This document shows, one piece after another, positions 20,204 through 33,953 of a DNA stretch of 64,000 bases. Below the pieces are notes generated by a model. That model had not been told where the DNA came from and did no database searches. It saw only the letters and a program-made list of their open reading frames with translations. The DNA lies in assembly GCF_045037415.1 (NCBI RefSeq), contig NZ_CP173438.1. One strand, given 5' to 3'. Origin of the DNA: Escherichia coli. Its GTDB lineage: Bacteria; Pseudomonadota; Gammaproteobacteria; Enterobacterales; Enterobacteriaceae. Positions within the stretch are counted from its first letter, which is position 1, and every line of letters begins with the position of its first letter. The translations under genes and the position numbers were made by a program.

Positions 20204-20778
20204 CAAACGATGATTACATCCGTCTGTTGTCGGCACTGTTGCCCCCCGGTCCGGCGTGGTCATCCAGCGATCCAGCGATTGCCGGTGCGGCACCGTCATT
20301 AACCCGCGTTCATCAGCGTGCGGATGCCCTGATGCGGGAGCTGGATCCGCGCACCACCACTGAACTGATAAACCGCTGGGAGCGTCTGTGCGGCCTGCCG
20401 GATGAATGTATTCCGGCGGGAACGCAGACCCTTCGCCAGCGTCAGCAACGGCTGGATGCGAAGGTTAATCTGGCGGGCGGCATCAATGAGGATTTTTACC
20501 TTGCACAGCTTGCTGCCCTGGGCAGACCAGACGCCACCATCACGCGATACGACAAAAGCACGTTCACCTGCTCATCGGCCTGTACTGACGCAGTGAATGC
20601 GACGGAATGGCGGTATTACTGGCAGGTCAACATGCCAGCCGCCACCAACACCACCTGGATGACATGTGGCGATCCCTGTGATTCCGCACTGCGTATCTGG
20701 GGCGATACCGTTGTCGAGTGCGTGCTTAACAAACTCTGCCCTTCGCATACCTACGTAATTTTCAAATATCCGGAGTAA
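20194..20778 (+). CDS. Tail protein (Mu gp48 / YmfQ-like)
   Basis: 194 aa; directly upstream of the tail fibre. Confidence 0.7.
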   Translation: MDVTNDDYIRLLSALLPPGPAWSSSDPAIAGAAPSLTRVHQRADALMRELDPRTTTELINRWERLCGLPDECIPAGTQTLRQRQQRLDAKVNLAGGINEDFYLAQLAALGRPDATITRYDKSTFTCSSACTDAVNATEWRYYWQVNMPAATNTTWMTCGDPCDSALRIWGDTVVECVLNKLCPSHTYVIFKYPE

Positions 20779-20781
20779 TCC

Positions 20782-23157
20782 ATGCATCGTATAGACACGA
20801 AAACCGCGCAGAAGGATAAGTTCGGCGCGGGTAAGAACGGTTTTACCCGTGGTAACCCCCAGACCGGCACGCCTGCCACCGATCTGGATGATGACTACTT
20901 TGACATGTTGCAGGAAGAACTTTGCAGCGTGGTGGAGGCCTCCGGTGCCAGTCTGGAGAAGGCGCGGCACGACCAGCTGCTTACCGCGCTTCGTGCGCTG
21001 CTGTTAAGCCGCAAAAATCCGTTTGGCGATATCAAATCGGATGGCACGGTAGAACGCGCTCTTGAAAATCTGGGGTTACAGGATGTAAAAGCTGGTTCAT
21101 TGAACAATCTGTACACTAACCATTCCCGTAGTGTCTTAATGGAATTGCCGTTATTATTCCCAGACTACGATACGGTGCTGGCTGCTCAGTCTGGTGCGGA
21201 ATATATGTATCCACAGGGATTTGTGGTGACAGGAGAAAAAATCTATCTGAGTTATACCGTTGAGCCAAAGCAGACACGGAACGTTATAGTTCAGTACACA
21301 ACATCCGGCGAATATGAGGGATATTATTATGTCGATAATGGAGGTCGTGGCGTTGTCAGCGAAGGCCTTGTGGTGACAACGGATTACGGTGGATTACGTT
21401 TGTTCATGTCAGGAGAAAATGGATTACTGAAACAGTTTTCGCTTGATGGGGCAATTTCTGGTTCAGTATTGCCGTTAATTGATGAACATGATGTCGGTGT
21501 TTACAACCAGTTCAGCTATCGTAAAAACCGCTGGGTGGTTGAACAGTCAGCGCCGGAAGTGGGAGGCCTGATCACCCGCACAGTATTTGCGGTGTATGAT
21601 TTTCAGTTTCGTCGGACAGGGACATTCACATTACCGTTGCATGATTCCGGATATATCACGGAAAGCACAGACAGCTATGCAAGACGCTTCACAAAACGTC
21701 AGGGAATTGCTGTGGGAGACGATTATATTGCCTGTTCTTATGGTGGCTATTTTAATACCGGGGCATCAGCCGGATTTAACCAGTTTCAGGGGGTTAAGGT
21801 CTTTTCTCCGGATGGAGTAAAGCAGCAGGAATCCATTCTTCATCCCCAAAAAATGATAGATGTGCTTACCAGGCAGGGTTTTACACCTTCGCGCATTGAG
21901 AACGAAGGAATTTGTATTTCTGACGACGGCGGCAGTATATATTCGCTTTATATCTTTCTGGAGCGTGGGTTACCACAGGCTTATCAGAAAGGAATTGTTC
22001 TGATGAAAGAGTTCAGTACTGGCAGAGATGCTATTGATTTTCGTCAGGCAGCCTGGTTGTACACGGGGTTTGATGTGTCTCATGCCAGTATTGGAACATT
22101 TCCCCGTAGTGCCCAGGGGTTGGTAAACCCGGTGTTGGGGACGGTATTCACATCCCTGTCTGAAATTCTGGCATATATGCGTTCTGTGAGTCAGAAATGG
22201 TTTTGTCTGCATACAACCACGACACCGATTAAAGATCTGAGTGGAAATGACATTCCTGCTGACAATTATGTGTTCATCAAGAATGCTAATAACCAGACAT
22301 TCTATATAACGCAGGAGTCAGCTGAAGGTGGAATAAAATATAAAGCTGTCACTACAGACAGCGGAGAATATGGTTTTCAGCGACAAAGAGAGGCAATCTG
22401 GTCCAATGTTATCACCATCGCACAAAAGAGCGATGGTGAGGATCAGTTTAATCGTATTATCGCTGCCTCGAAAAGTGGTTCAGGTAAAAATCAGGATAAA
22501 ATACTGGTAGTTGACCAACAGGCATCAGAGGGGAATAACACGCTGGTAATTGGCGGTGGTTCATCTGTGTTCAGGTCAGCGACAGTGATTGATTTTGCAA
22601 CGAATCAGGATGCAAATGCCACAGGAGGAGAAAAGAGATGGCGCATAGATTCATCAGGAAATCTCCGCCCTTATACAGATAATACGTATTCGATCGGTTA
22701 TGCCTCATGGCGACCCGCACAGGTTTATTCAGCTACGGGAAGTATCAGTACATCAGACCGGACTCATAAACAGGACGAAACAATTCTGTCGGATGCAGAA
22801 AAAAGGGTTGCCAGAAAGCTGCTCGGGTATATCTGTCGGTTCCGTTTCAGAGATGCAGTGTCCAGCAAAGGGAACGCAGCCAGATGGCATGTAGGAGTGA
22901 TTGCTCAGGACGTACAGAAGGTCTTCTCTGAGGAAGGGCTGGACGCTTTTGATTACGGTATTTTGTGTCGTGATGAATATCCGGCGGAATATGAAGTGGT
23001 TTACGGGACTCGTATGGAGCTTGGTCCTGACGGACTCCTTACAATGGAAGAATACGATACCGGAGAGCGCAAGCTGGTCAGGGAGGCTGGTGAAATAATG
23101 TCTGTAAGGAATGATGAGCTGCATTATTTCATGCTGGCATCGCTGTCTGGCCAGTGA
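20782..23157 (+). CDS. Tail fibre protein with C-terminal intramolecular chaperone (peptidase S74-like) domain
   Basis: 791 aa; AT-rich mosaic central part; C-terminal ~130 aa resembles the self-cleaving chaperone domain of fibres and tailspikes. Confidence 0.8.
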   Translation: MHRIDTKTAQKDKFGAGKNGFTRGNPQTGTPATDLDDDYFDMLQEELCSVVEASGASLEKARHDQLLTALRALLLSRKNPFGDIKSDGTVERALENLGLQDVKAGSLNNLYTNHSRSVLMELPLLFPDYDTVLAAQSGAEYMYPQGFVVTGEKIYLSYTVEPKQTRNVIVQYTTSGEYEGYYYVDNGGRGVVSEGLVVTTDYGGLRLFMSGENGLLKQFSLDGAISGSVLPLIDEHDVGVYNQFSYRKNRWVVEQSAPEVGGLITRTVFAVYDFQFRRTGTFTLPLHDSGYITESTDSYARRFTKRQGIAVGDDYIACSYGGYFNTGASAGFNQFQGVKVFSPDGVKQQESILHPQKMIDVLTRQGFTPSRIENEGICISDDGGSIYSLYIFLERGLPQAYQKGIVLMKEFSTGRDAIDFRQAAWLYTGFDVSHASIGTFPRSAQGLVNPVLGTVFTSLSEILAYMRSVSQKWFCLHTTTTPIKDLSGNDIPADNYVFIKNANNQTFYITQESAEGGIKYKAVTTDSGEYGFQRQREAIWSNVITIAQKSDGEDQFNRIIAASKSGSGKNQDKILVVDQQASEGNNTLVIGGGSSVFRSATVIDFATNQDANATGGEKRWRIDSSGNLRPYTDNTYSIGYASWRPAQVYSATGSISTSDRTHKQDETILSDAEKRVARKLLGYICRFRFRDAVSSKGNAARWHVGVIAQDVQKVFSEEGLDAFDYGILCRDEYPAEYEVVYGTRMELGPDGLLTMEEYDTGERKLVREAGEIMSVRNDELHYFMLASLSGQ

Positions 23158-23167
23158 ATAATATTAA

Positions 23168-23194
23168 TGTAAGGAGCGATATAAGCTCCTTACA
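23168..23194 (+). terminator. Hairpin after the tail fibre gene (possible terminator, weak U-tract)
   Basis: 10-bp stem TGTAAGGAGC/GCTCCTTACA with 7-nt loop. Confidence 0.4.
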
Positions 23195-23889
23195 TCATGC
23201 ATTTTATGCTGCGATTATGCGTTCTCCTGTTGTTTGTTGCTGAGAGTGAAACACCGGAAACATACTGGTGGATTGAAATGTTCTGTGTGGCAGCGTATGA
23301 ATATGTCGTGGTAGGGTGGATAAAAAATGCCCGTGATGATCCGGGCAACATAGCAGTATGCATTTTTCTATTGTGAACTGATGCATTATACAAGTAATGC
23401 TGTTATTGAGGAAAGTTTAAAGAAGCGGCTCTTCTCCGCCTGTAAAGTTTGGTCATTATTGCTTTATATATAAGTTCCACCAGTAGGCGATCATCTATGA
23501 TGTTGGCATATCGACTTTGTATAAGAGGTTTCCGGTCGGAGATAAATGAAACCGTAGCACGTCGTATGCAAGAACGTGCCACGGCTGGCTGGCGAACTTT
23601 CGATAGTGCGAGTATTGAATGATTTCCAGCTGTTACTGATTTTATATAACTGCAGTGGAATTATTCAACACACAGGCAAAACGGAATAAGCTGAGAAAAA
23701 AAAGCGTGCTTTCCCAATCTGGGGTAAATCACATCTGAATGACACCTGAAAACAGGTGGTGGCCTCAAGAAGGCTTGGAATATTCTTCTTTAATGTTATG
23801 TAATTTATTGATTTTTCGTGTACGATTTTAAGACATTTATTCCAAGAAAAATTTTTAACTCTTTGATTTTTCGACTCTGTATCATCGGT

Positions 23890-23948
23890 TCTCGAAAACC
23901 GGAGTAGGGGCAACTCTACCGGGGGTTCAAATCCCCCTCTCTCCGCCA
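23890..23948 (+). repeat. 3' fragment of tRNA-Ser(CGA) (serU-like, anticodon loop to CCA); putative prophage att core repeat
   Basis: 59 nt TCTCGAAAACCGGAGTAGGGGCAACTCTACCGGGGGTTCAAATCCCCCTCTCTCCGCCA match the 3' part of remembered E. coli tRNA-Ser(CGA); the 5' half is absent. Confidence 0.75.
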
Positions 23949-24617
23949 CTTTATCAATGACTTATCTCCCGACTTCCCGCCTTGCTTTTCCTAAACAGAA
24001 CAATCGTAGGATATTCTTGAAGGGTTAGATCGTCACTGTTTTCTGTTCGATACTGTGACATTCAGCACTTGATTCGCTATGGGTCTGACAGGAAGGTTTC
24101 GAGCGAAAATCTACAGTTATTCAGTCGTTTTCTTATCGGTCACCATTATTCTTTTAGACATTGATCCTATGAAACTGCCGCAAAGTTGCTGGCGGGAACT
24201 GAAGTTGCGTAGAGAAGGGGTCAATAATTGAGCCAAAAAAGGAACGCGGCCGTCAGATTAAAGCCGCGGGACAAAGTCCATAATTTCCAAGAGTTGTTGA
24301 ATTTCCCAGCTTTTTTGAAAGCCTTTGTATCATACTAACAAGTAAAAAAGGTTTAAACACCAAAATTAACCTATATTTCTGGTTAGCTTTACCATGACAG
24401 ATGACTTGCTCCTGGAGACATTTGCGCTGCCAGTCTGTATGGCTGAGTTGTGTATTTATTGTTCGCCTTTTTCTCAGTTTTTTTCTACAGACATAATAAA
24501 AAAGACACGACTCAAGTATGAGCGTGTCTGAGTTTGTCTTACTTATTTGTCTTGGTAAATTATTGTTGTTACTACCAGGCACTGTTCTGTTAAATAACTG
24601 AAGTCAGCGCAAAAAAA

Positions 24618-25268
24618 TCAATGAGACATCATCTCCTCGACCACTTCTTCGCTACTCAACTGATAGGGATAATACGTTGGCCAGTTTTCCATTTCATTCA
24701 ATAAAGATTGCTGGGAATCATTACCCATAAAAATGTGAAAATGAGATGATTTTCGTGGTGCAATTATATGATCGCTAAATTGTATATATTTAGGGGCTTT
24801 GCTTTCAGGATCTTTACATTCGAATAAGTAACGAACGCCTTTCTTGCCTGATTTATAGGTGAGTATTTTGTATCCATCGTAATCATATTTACAGGATGTT
24901 GTTTCATTATTTCTATGGAATTCGACAATGCCGTCCTCAATGCCAATCATTTCGATATCTGTCGCATAACCTTTGCGATAATAATCTTTAATTTCAGCAA
25001 ATGTTTTGGTTTTATCTGCATCCGCTTTCTTCTGAAAGACGGGGTCAAGTTTGCCACTTTGCAGTAAAGGGTAAACGGATTGCCAGACTCCATCCCAGTC
25101 ACTGAGCGTTCGGTTTTGTACATTGGTATCATCAAAAACACCATTAGCAGCTTTTTGTTCGACCTCTGTTAAGGGTTTGCCGTGTGAGTGATGACCATGC
25201 GAAAAGGCAGGAGCGCTAACAATAAAGACACCTAAAGCAACAGCCAGTTTATGAAGACGAATCGCCAA
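24618..25268 (-). CDS. zinT: Metal-binding periplasmic protein ZinT
   Basis: 216 aa; His-rich N-terminus ([16 protein letters not shown]) and overall match to ZinT/YodA. Confidence 0.9.
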   Translation of the reverse strand: MAIRLHKLAVALGVFIVSAPAFSHGHHSHGKPLTEVEQKAANGVFDDTNVQNRTLSDWDGVWQSVYPLLQSGKLDPVFQKKADADKTKTFAEIKDYYRKGYATDIEMIGIEDGIVEFHRNNETTSCKYDYDGYKILTYKSGKKGVRYLFECKDPESKAPKYIQFSDHIIAPRKSSHFHIFMGNDSQQSLLNEMENWPTYYPYQLSSEEVVEEMMSH

Positions 25269-25304
25269 AACAATTTCCTCCAGAGTTAATGTACATGATG
25301 TGTA

Positions 25305-25323
25305 ATGTTATATTGTAACATAT
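25305..25323. promoter_or_regulatory. Palindromic Zur-box-like operator upstream of zinT
   Basis: AATGTTATATTGTAACATA, near-perfect palindrome ~40 nt upstream of the zinT start. Confidence 0.55.
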
Positions 25324-25477
25324 GAAAAAATGCAACAACTCATTAGGAAATGAGAGCATGGTATTCTCAGGTGTATTGAACTATCTTATTGAAATAAAAT
25401 AAATTATTCTGGTGATGAAAGGTTGATGACAAACGAAACATAACTTGATGCGATCTGTGTGGGCCGGATAGGGCGCT

Positions 25478-26910
<1,433 letters not shown>

Positions 26911-26961
26911 GCTCGCGCCGCATCCGGCCGGGATAACGCGAAGTTTGTCGGCAATATGAAG

Positions 26962-27597
26962 TTATAGAGATAATTTGTTGTGGGCCTGCTTGCGTAACCG
27001 GTTGAAAAGGGAAAGCAACTTCTTATACCGTAAGGCTAAAAGCAGTACAGCCAGCCCAGCGTAGATGAGTGGCTGCGGTGAAATAATCTTCACTGACCAC
27101 AGATAATGTATTGGGGTCAGGATCGCGACAAGATAGACGAAGTTATGCAACTGTTGCCAGTGTTTGCCGAGTTTTCGCTGCATCGACTGGGTTGAAGTGA
27201 ACGCTAAAGCAAGCAAAATAACCCAGCTGATAATTCCTAACGTTAAATAAGGCCGGGTAATTAACTCCTTACCTAATAACGCCAGATTATTCACGCCCAA
27301 CTCCAGCAATGCGTAACTGGTTAAATGCAGTGTCGCCCAGGCAAAGCACCATAAGCCTAACAGGCGGCGAGTGCGTATCAATAACGGCTGTTTTGCGTAG
27401 CGTGCCAGAGGTGTGATTAACAAGGCCGCAAGCAAAAATTTCAGTGCAGTGCGACCGGTAAAATGCTGAATATCTTTCACCGGATCGGCACCTAGTCCAC
27501 CGTGATTGATCGCCCAGACCAGCCAGAGAAACGGCAACAATCCGGCAAGATGCAGGCAAACTTTCAGCCATATCACCTGTTTTGCTGTCAGGCGCAT
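26962..27597 (-). CDS. msrQ: Methionine sulfoxide reductase haem-binding subunit MsrQ
   Basis: 211-aa membrane protein matching MsrQ/YedZ. Confidence 0.9.
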   Translation of the reverse strand: MRLTAKQVIWLKVCLHLAGLLPFLWLVWAINHGGLGADPVKDIQHFTGRTALKFLLAALLITPLARYAKQPLLIRTRRLLGLWCFAWATLHLTSYALLELGVNNLALLGKELITRPYLTLGIISWVILLALAFTSTQSMQRKLGKHWQQLHNFVYLVAILTPIHYLWSVKIISPQPLIYAGLAVLLLALRYKKLLSLFNRLRKQAHNKLSL

Positions 27598-28608
<1,011 letters not shown>

Positions 28609-28710
28609 TCACACTTTTTTGTCGTTAGCCAACAAGAGCCGTTTACTGTTAATCTGTCAGGGAGTCACCTCCCTAACAGTAGCAGAGATCAGCTTTTACA
28701 TATTTACGCA

Positions 28711-29124
28711 TTAACTGCCACGATAGGTTGAATACCCATATTGGCTGAGTAACAAAGGCACATGATAATGCTCGTTCACTTTATTAATATGAAATTCAAC
28801 GGGGATCTCAGGGAAGAAACTTTCAAGATTTTGTTTCTTGAAATAGTCCCCGGTTTTAAATACGACACGGTAATCGCCAGTAGTCGCAGTTTGCTCGGGC
28901 CACAGTGCCTTAATTCGTCCATCCTTATCTGTTTTGGCGGTATTAAGTTGTAACCAGCCGTTATCCGCTTTCTTTTCAAGAGTGACTGTCACGTCGGCAG
29001 CGGGTTTTCCTGTTTGCTGGTTCAAAATGTGCACGCTAAGAATGTTTTGTTGTGCGGCATAAACCAAAGAAGGTAATGAAAATGCTGCCGTTGCTACCGA
29101 GAGTACTAAATAACGCTTTAACAT
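28711..29124 (-). CDS. hiuH: 5-hydroxyisourate hydrolase (transthyretin-like)
   Basis: 137 aa with signal peptide; ends with C-terminal YRGS. Confidence 0.9.
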   Translation of the reverse strand: MLKRYLVLSVATAAFSLPSLVYAAQQNILSVHILNQQTGKPAADVTVTLEKKADNGWLQLNTAKTDKDGRIKALWPEQTATTGDYRVVFKTGDYFKKQNLESFFPEIPVEFHINKVNEHYHVPLLLSQYGYSTYRGS

Positions 29125-29193
29125 GTTTATATCCTTGTCATGTGAATGAGTTTTGAGGATAGCGAAAAAACGTCCAGGGTAACCTTACAGCAG

Positions 29194-29211
29194 CATTACA
29201 ATTTTGTAATG
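29194..29211. promoter_or_regulatory. Perfect inverted repeat in the hiuH-hprR divergent region; candidate HprR/CusR-type response-regulator box
   Basis: CATTACAATTTTGTAATG. Confidence 0.5.
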
Positions 29212-29256
29212 AACCAGGTTGTTTCTATAACATATGATTTATGGCATATTATTTTC

Positions 29257-29928
29257 ATGAAGATTCTACTTATTGAAGATAATCAAAGGACCCAGGAATG
29301 GGTAACGCAGGGGCTTTCCGAAGCGGGTTATGTCATTGATGCCGTTTCTGATGGCAGAGATGGGCTTTATCTTGCGCTGAAGGATGATTATGCATTGATC
29401 ATTCTGGATATTATGCTTCCGGGTATGGATGGCTGGCAGATCTTACAAACGTTAAGAACGGCAAAGCAAACTCCTGTTATTTGCCTTACAGCAAGGGATT
29501 CTGTCGATGACAGAGTCAGAGGGCTGGACAGTGGAGCAAATGATTATCTGGTAAAACCTTTTTCATTTTCTGAGTTGCTGGCAAGGGTTCGGGCACAATT
29601 AAGGCAACATCACGCTTTGAATTCAACATTAGAAATCAGTGGCTTAAAAATGGACTCTGTCAGTCAAAGTGTGAGCAGGGACAATATCAGTATTACACTG
29701 ACGCGCAAGGAGTTTCAGTTACTTTGGCTACTGGCCTCCAGAGCTGGCGAGATTATACCCAGAACGGTTATTGCGAGTGAAATTTGGGGAATCAACTTTG
29801 ATAGTGATACCAATACGGTGGATGTCGCCATTCGCAGGCTCCGCGCAAAAGTTGATGATCCTTTTCCTGAAAAGCTAATCGCCACAATCCGGGGGATGGG
29901 CTATTCATTCGTAGCGGTAAAAAAATAA
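29257..29928 (+). CDS. hprR: Two-component response regulator HprR
   Basis: ATG at 29257 gives a 223-aa OmpR-family protein starting MKILLIEDN; the ORF-track start at 29146 is an upstream extension. Confidence 0.9.
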   Translation: MKILLIEDNQRTQEWVTQGLSEAGYVIDAVSDGRDGLYLALKDDYALIILDIMLPGMDGWQILQTLRTAKQTPVICLTARDSVDDRVRGLDSGANDYLVKPFSFSELLARVRAQLRQHHALNSTLEISGLKMDSVSQSVSRDNISITLTRKEFQLLWLLASRAGEIIPRTVIASEIWGINFDSDTNTVDVAIRRLRAKVDDPFPEKLIATIRGMGYSFVAVKK

Positions 29929-31286
29929 TGAAAAGATTATCTATAACCGTCCGTTTAACCTTGCTTTTTATATTTCTGCTGTCTGTTGCTGGCGCTGGAA
30001 TTGTATGGACTCTCTATAATGGCCTGGCAAGTGAGTTGAAATGGCGCGATGATACAACACTCATTAACCGGACAGCGCAGATCAAGCAGTTGTTAATTGA
30101 TGGGGTAAATCCAGATACATTACCTGTCTATTTTAACCGGATGATGGATGTTAGTCAGGATATCTTGATCATTCATGGTGATGGCATCAATAAAATTGTT
30201 AACCGGACAAATGTCAGTGATGACATGTTAAATAACATACCTGCTAGTGAGACAATCAGCGCAGCAGGCATTTACAGAAGCATTATTAATGATACAGAGA
30301 TAGATGCTTTACGAATTAACATTGATGAAGTTTCGCCATCATTAACGGTTACTGTGGCTAAATTGGCTTCAGCCAGACATAATATGCTTGAACAGTATAA
30401 AATTAATAGCATTATAATTTGCATTGTCGTCATTGTATTGTGCTCATTATTAAGTCCGTTGTTAATCAGAACGGGGTTGCGAGAGATCAAAAAGTTGAGT
30501 GGCGTAACGGAAGCGCTGAATTATAACGATAGCCGAGTGCCGGTTGAGGTTAACGCATTACCGAGAGAACTAAAACCTCTTGGGCAGGCGTTGAATAAAA
30601 TGCATCATGCTTTAGTCAAAGATTTTGAGCGCCTTAGTCAATTTGCTGACGATCTCGCTCATGAACTTAGAACGCCAATTAATGCATTACTGGGTCAGAA
30701 TCAGGTTACGCTCAGTCAAACCAGAAGTATCGCTGAATATCAAAAAACAATTGCCGGAAACATCGAAGAGCTGGAAAATATTTCGCGGTTAACAGAGAAT
30801 ATACTGTTTCTTGCCAGGGCAGACAAAAACAATGTTTTGGTGAAACTGGATTCGCTTTCTCTCAATAAGGAAGTTGAAAATCTTTTGGACTATCTTGAAT
30901 ATCTTTCAGACGAGAAAGAGATTTGCTTTAAGGTCAAGTGCAATCAACAAATCTTTGCGGATAAAATTTTACTGCAACGAATGTTATCGAATCTTATTGT
31001 TAACGCCATTCGATATTCACCAGAAAAATCGCGTATTCATATAACCAGTTTTCTTGATGCCAACGGTTCTCTTAATATTGATATCGCCAGTCCTGGAACG
31101 AAAATTAATGAGCCTGAAAAACTCTTCCGTAGATTTTGGCGGGGAGATAATTCGCGTCATTCCGTAGGTCAGGGACTTGGCCTTTCTTTAGTCAAAGCGA
31201 TTGCCGAATTACATGGAGGAAGTGCTACGTATCACTATCTCAGTAAGCATAACGTGTTCCGAATTACGTTACCGCAAAGAAATTAA
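29928..31286 (+). CDS. hprS: Sensor histidine kinase HprS
   Basis: 452 aa with membrane anchor and H-box ELRTPIN; overlaps the hprR stop. Confidence 0.9.
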   Translation: MKRLSITVRLTLLFIFLLSVAGAGIVWTLYNGLASELKWRDDTTLINRTAQIKQLLIDGVNPDTLPVYFNRMMDVSQDILIIHGDGINKIVNRTNVSDDMLNNIPASETISAAGIYRSIINDTEIDALRINIDEVSPSLTVTVAKLASARHNMLEQYKINSIIICIVVIVLCSLLSPLLIRTGLREIKKLSGVTEALNYNDSRVPVEVNALPRELKPLGQALNKMHHALVKDFERLSQFADDLAHELRTPINALLGQNQVTLSQTRSIAEYQKTIAGNIEELENISRLTENILFLARADKNNVLVKLDSLSLNKEVENLLDYLEYLSDEKEICFKVKCNQQIFADKILLQRMLSNLIVNAIRYSPEKSRIHITSFLDANGSLNIDIASPGTKINEPEKLFRRFWRGDNSRHSVGQGLGLSLVKAIAELHGGSATYHYLSKHNVFRITLPQRN

Positions 31287-31393
31287 CATCGGGCTTCAGT
31301 ACGCCATAAGTTAACCGTGAAAAAACGCAGCCACGTCGTGAGTATTAACGTGGCTGCGATTGATTATGCGCTTACATTACAATGTAACAGGGA

Positions 31394-32245
31394 TTAACTC
31401 GCGTAAGCTGCCAGCATTTCCTGCGCCGCCAGTTTACCCAACGCATTCGCTGCAAAAGGACTGTCGCCGGTGAGAAGTTTACGGTCCTTATGTACTCGCC
31501 CGGTGATGTCGTCATTAATGATGTTCATGCCCATTTTCTTCAACTCTTCGCCGAAGTACCAGGTGAGATGACCCGGCATATAGCCAATATCTGGCGTTTG
31601 TTTGTCTGCGGCGTCTGGGAATGCGCAAATAGAATAACCATTCAGTGGGTTATCGCTGTGGCGAAGTGCCAGAAAAGCTGCCGGACCGTGGCAAAGGGAG
31701 ATAACAAAACGGTCATTTTTGATTGCCCACTGTAAAGCGGCAGCCACGTCCTGGCTTTCTGGTAAACCAATAAGTGCGCCATGCCCACCAGGAACAAAGA
31801 TTGCTGCATATTCGCTATCAGCGTTGAGGCTGGCGACAACATCCGCGAGTTTCTTCGGATTACGGAATAACGATTTATGCTGTTCAAAGAATGGCATTAC
31901 TTTTTCATCTTTGTGCGGCATAGCCCAGTATTCAAACTTGGTCATCAGACCGGAAATGGTCGCCACTTCGAATTCGAAACCTGCAGCATGGAGATGATAC
32001 AACGGCAGCAACGTTTCAATCGGATGGTTACCGGTCGAGAACAGTTTTCCGTTATCGGTCGGCAAATAACGTTCGTCCGCGGCGATCACCAGAATTTTAT
32101 GTTTACCGCGATACGGTTTTGGATAGTCCACGCCATCAAGATCAGAGACGGGACTCGTATATTGGCTAAGCGAATATTCTGAAGGGAAGAACGCATTATC
32201 TTCAGCAATATCGACCTGCGGGTTTTTACTTGTTTGAACAGTCAT
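31394..32245 (-). CDS. hchA: Protein/nucleic-acid deglycase Hsp31
   Basis: 283-aa DJ-1/PfpI-type protein matching HchA. Confidence 0.9.
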   Translation of the reverse strand: MTVQTSKNPQVDIAEDNAFFPSEYSLSQYTSPVSDLDGVDYPKPYRGKHKILVIAADERYLPTDNGKLFSTGNHPIETLLPLYHLHAAGFEFEVATISGLMTKFEYWAMPHKDEKVMPFFEQHKSLFRNPKKLADVVASLNADSEYAAIFVPGGHGALIGLPESQDVAAALQWAIKNDRFVISLCHGPAAFLALRHSDNPLNGYSICAFPDAADKQTPDIGYMPGHLTWYFGEELKKMGMNIINDDITGRVHKDRKLLTGDSPFAANALGKLAAQEMLAAYAS

Positions 32246-32837
32246 AGTGTATTCCTTATTGTTGCTTAGTTAGGGTAGTCACTATATTTGCGACTGAGCT
32301 GGTCGCTATTTTTAACCAGGCTGAAAAATTGAGTCAATATATCGAAAGCGGTAGTTGGCGGGCATAAGTATGTAATGATGATGCTGCACTGGTGTTGAAT
32401 ATTATTCACGCCAAACTTTCCTTATTGAGTAACGTCGTCGCAAGTGGCCTCAATGATTTTAGACCATTATCAGAGGTTTGGGGGCGATGGGGAGAGATTT
32501 AGTGCTGTGGAATGTTGTGGTACTGATGAATATTTATATCCCGGATTGGTAGGGAAAAAGTTTTTTTCATGCACTATTTTTGCAAATATTTCTATATGGG
32601 AAGCGGTTTTGTTGCGGATTAATTCATAAAGAAATGCATTTGGGTGTTGGCTGGAAGAGACGCTGGTAGATTTTATTGAGCCAGGAGGGGCGGGGTAATG
32701 TGCTGTATCGATATGCTTTGGCAATTGCGTGTGCCGCAGATGGAGATGAAATGCCAATAAAAAAGCCTGAGTTCGATGAGGGACGAACTCAGGCTGGTGT
32801 TATGTTTTACAGTAACACGCCTCGGCGCGTTGGCTGA

Positions 32838-33953
32838 TTAGAACTGGTAGACGATACCAACTGCAAACTGGTCATCAGCTGCTGCGCCAGTAATGGCGGC
32901 GTCATCTTTATCCAGCATGTTGAATTTGTATGCAGTATAAACGTTCATGTTCTTATTGAAGTAGTACCAGGTACCAACTTCAATGTAGTTCACACGGTCA
33001 GCGTCAACATATCTATGTCCAGGTACACCTTTGATATCTTTACCTTTAGAGTACACATAACCTAAGGACGGACGCAGACCAAAGTCGAATTGGTACTGAA
33101 CAACCGCTTCAAAGTTCTGGGTTTCATTGATAAGTTGATCACGCATTATTGTATTGCCTTCTTGATCGGCAACACCTGTATCAATAGAACCCGGAGTCAT
33201 ATTACGAGTTTCACCGTACATTACAGCTGCGTAGACATTGTTCGCGTCATACTTTGCAGCCAATGACCACAGTTCAGCATTTGAACCGTTTCCATCGGCA
33301 ACTTGATCGTTGGTGCGATCAGATTTGCTATATGCACCAACGATACCAAAACCATTGATGTTATAGTCTACAGACAACGCATAGCCGTCACCATTTTGTT
33401 TCTTAGTGCTACGGTTGCTGTTTTTGCCTTGGTACTGAATCGCAAAATCAAGACCATCAACCAGGCCAAAGAAATCAGAGTTACGGTAGGTTGCAACACC
33501 GTTGGTACGACCGTTCATGAAGTTGTCAGCGGAAGCCCAGGAATCGCCACCCCATTCAACTAACATATCGGTATAAGCTGCGGCATCATAAGCAACACCG
33601 TAGTTACGGCCATAGTCAAATGATCCTAACTCGTTATATTTCAAACCGGCGAAGGTTAAACGGGTTTTTTCTTGGTTTTCACCTTCAGGCTTGCTGGCGT
33701 CGAGGTTGTATTCAAACTGACCGAAACCAGTCAGTTCGCTGGTGATTTGGGTTTCACCTTTAACACCGAAACGAGCATAGGAGGTATCTTCGTTTTCGCT
33801 GTTATTATCATCAGTATTTGACCAGATGCGTTCGCCAACCATCTTGCCGTAAAAATCAACTTTATTGCCATTTTTATTATAAATTTCAGCCGCATTTGCT
33901 GCGCCAGCAACTAATAACGCCGGGACCAGCATTGCCAGAACTTTTCTTTTCAT
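32838..33953 (-). CDS. yedS: Outer-membrane porin (OmpC/OmpF family, YedS-type), apparently intact
   Basis: Start at the internal Met ([21 protein letters not shown] signal) gives 371 aa ending in the porin motif VYQF. Confidence 0.85.
   Translation of the reverse strand: MKRKVLAMLVPALLVAGAANAAEIYNKNGNKVDFYGKMVGERIWSNTDDNNSENEDTSYARFGVKGETQITSELTGFGQFEYNLDASKPEGENQEKTRLTFAGLKYNELGSFDYGRNYGVAYDAAAYTDMLVEWGGDSWASADNFMNGRTNGVATYRNSDFFGLVDGLDFAIQYQGKNSNRSTKKQNGDGYALSVDYNINGFGIVGAYSKSDRTNDQVADGNGSNAELWSLAAKYDANNVYAAVMYGETRNMTPGSIDTGVADQEGNTIMRDQLINETQNFEAVVQYQFDFGLRPSLGYVYSKGKDIKGVPGHRYVDADRVNYIEVGTWYYFNKNMNVYTAYKFNMLDKDDAAITGAAADDQFAVGIVYQF

Larger units (their letters stand above)
1..23948. mobile_element. 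Integrated tailed prophage, right-hand ~24 kb (extends beyond window start); lambda-like lysis, HK97-like head, Mu-like contractile tail; ends at a partial tRNA-Ser att repeat
   Basis: Contiguous same-strand block of lysis, terminase, portal, protease, capsid, sheath, tube, tape-measure, baseplate and fibre ORFs; 3' tRNA-Ser fragment at 23890..23948 followed by host gene zinT. Confidence 0.85.

Noticed and set aside
23460-23620. Short open frame ending ...RMQERATAGWRTFDSASIE, possibly a gene remnant
   Set aside because: About 30 codons with no start context or recognisable similarity; cannot be told apart from chance.
23665-23949. 94-aa minus-strand ORF (translation includes GGFEPP)
   Set aside because: It is the antisense reading of the tRNA-Ser fragment and AT-rich junction DNA; GGFEPP is what the reverse complement of a tRNA T-arm and acceptor stem typically encodes.
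24253-24582. 109-aa minus-strand ORF between the att fragment and zinT
   Set aside because: AT-rich, low-complexity translation (runs of N, K, R), no ribosome-binding site; more likely intergenic DNA.
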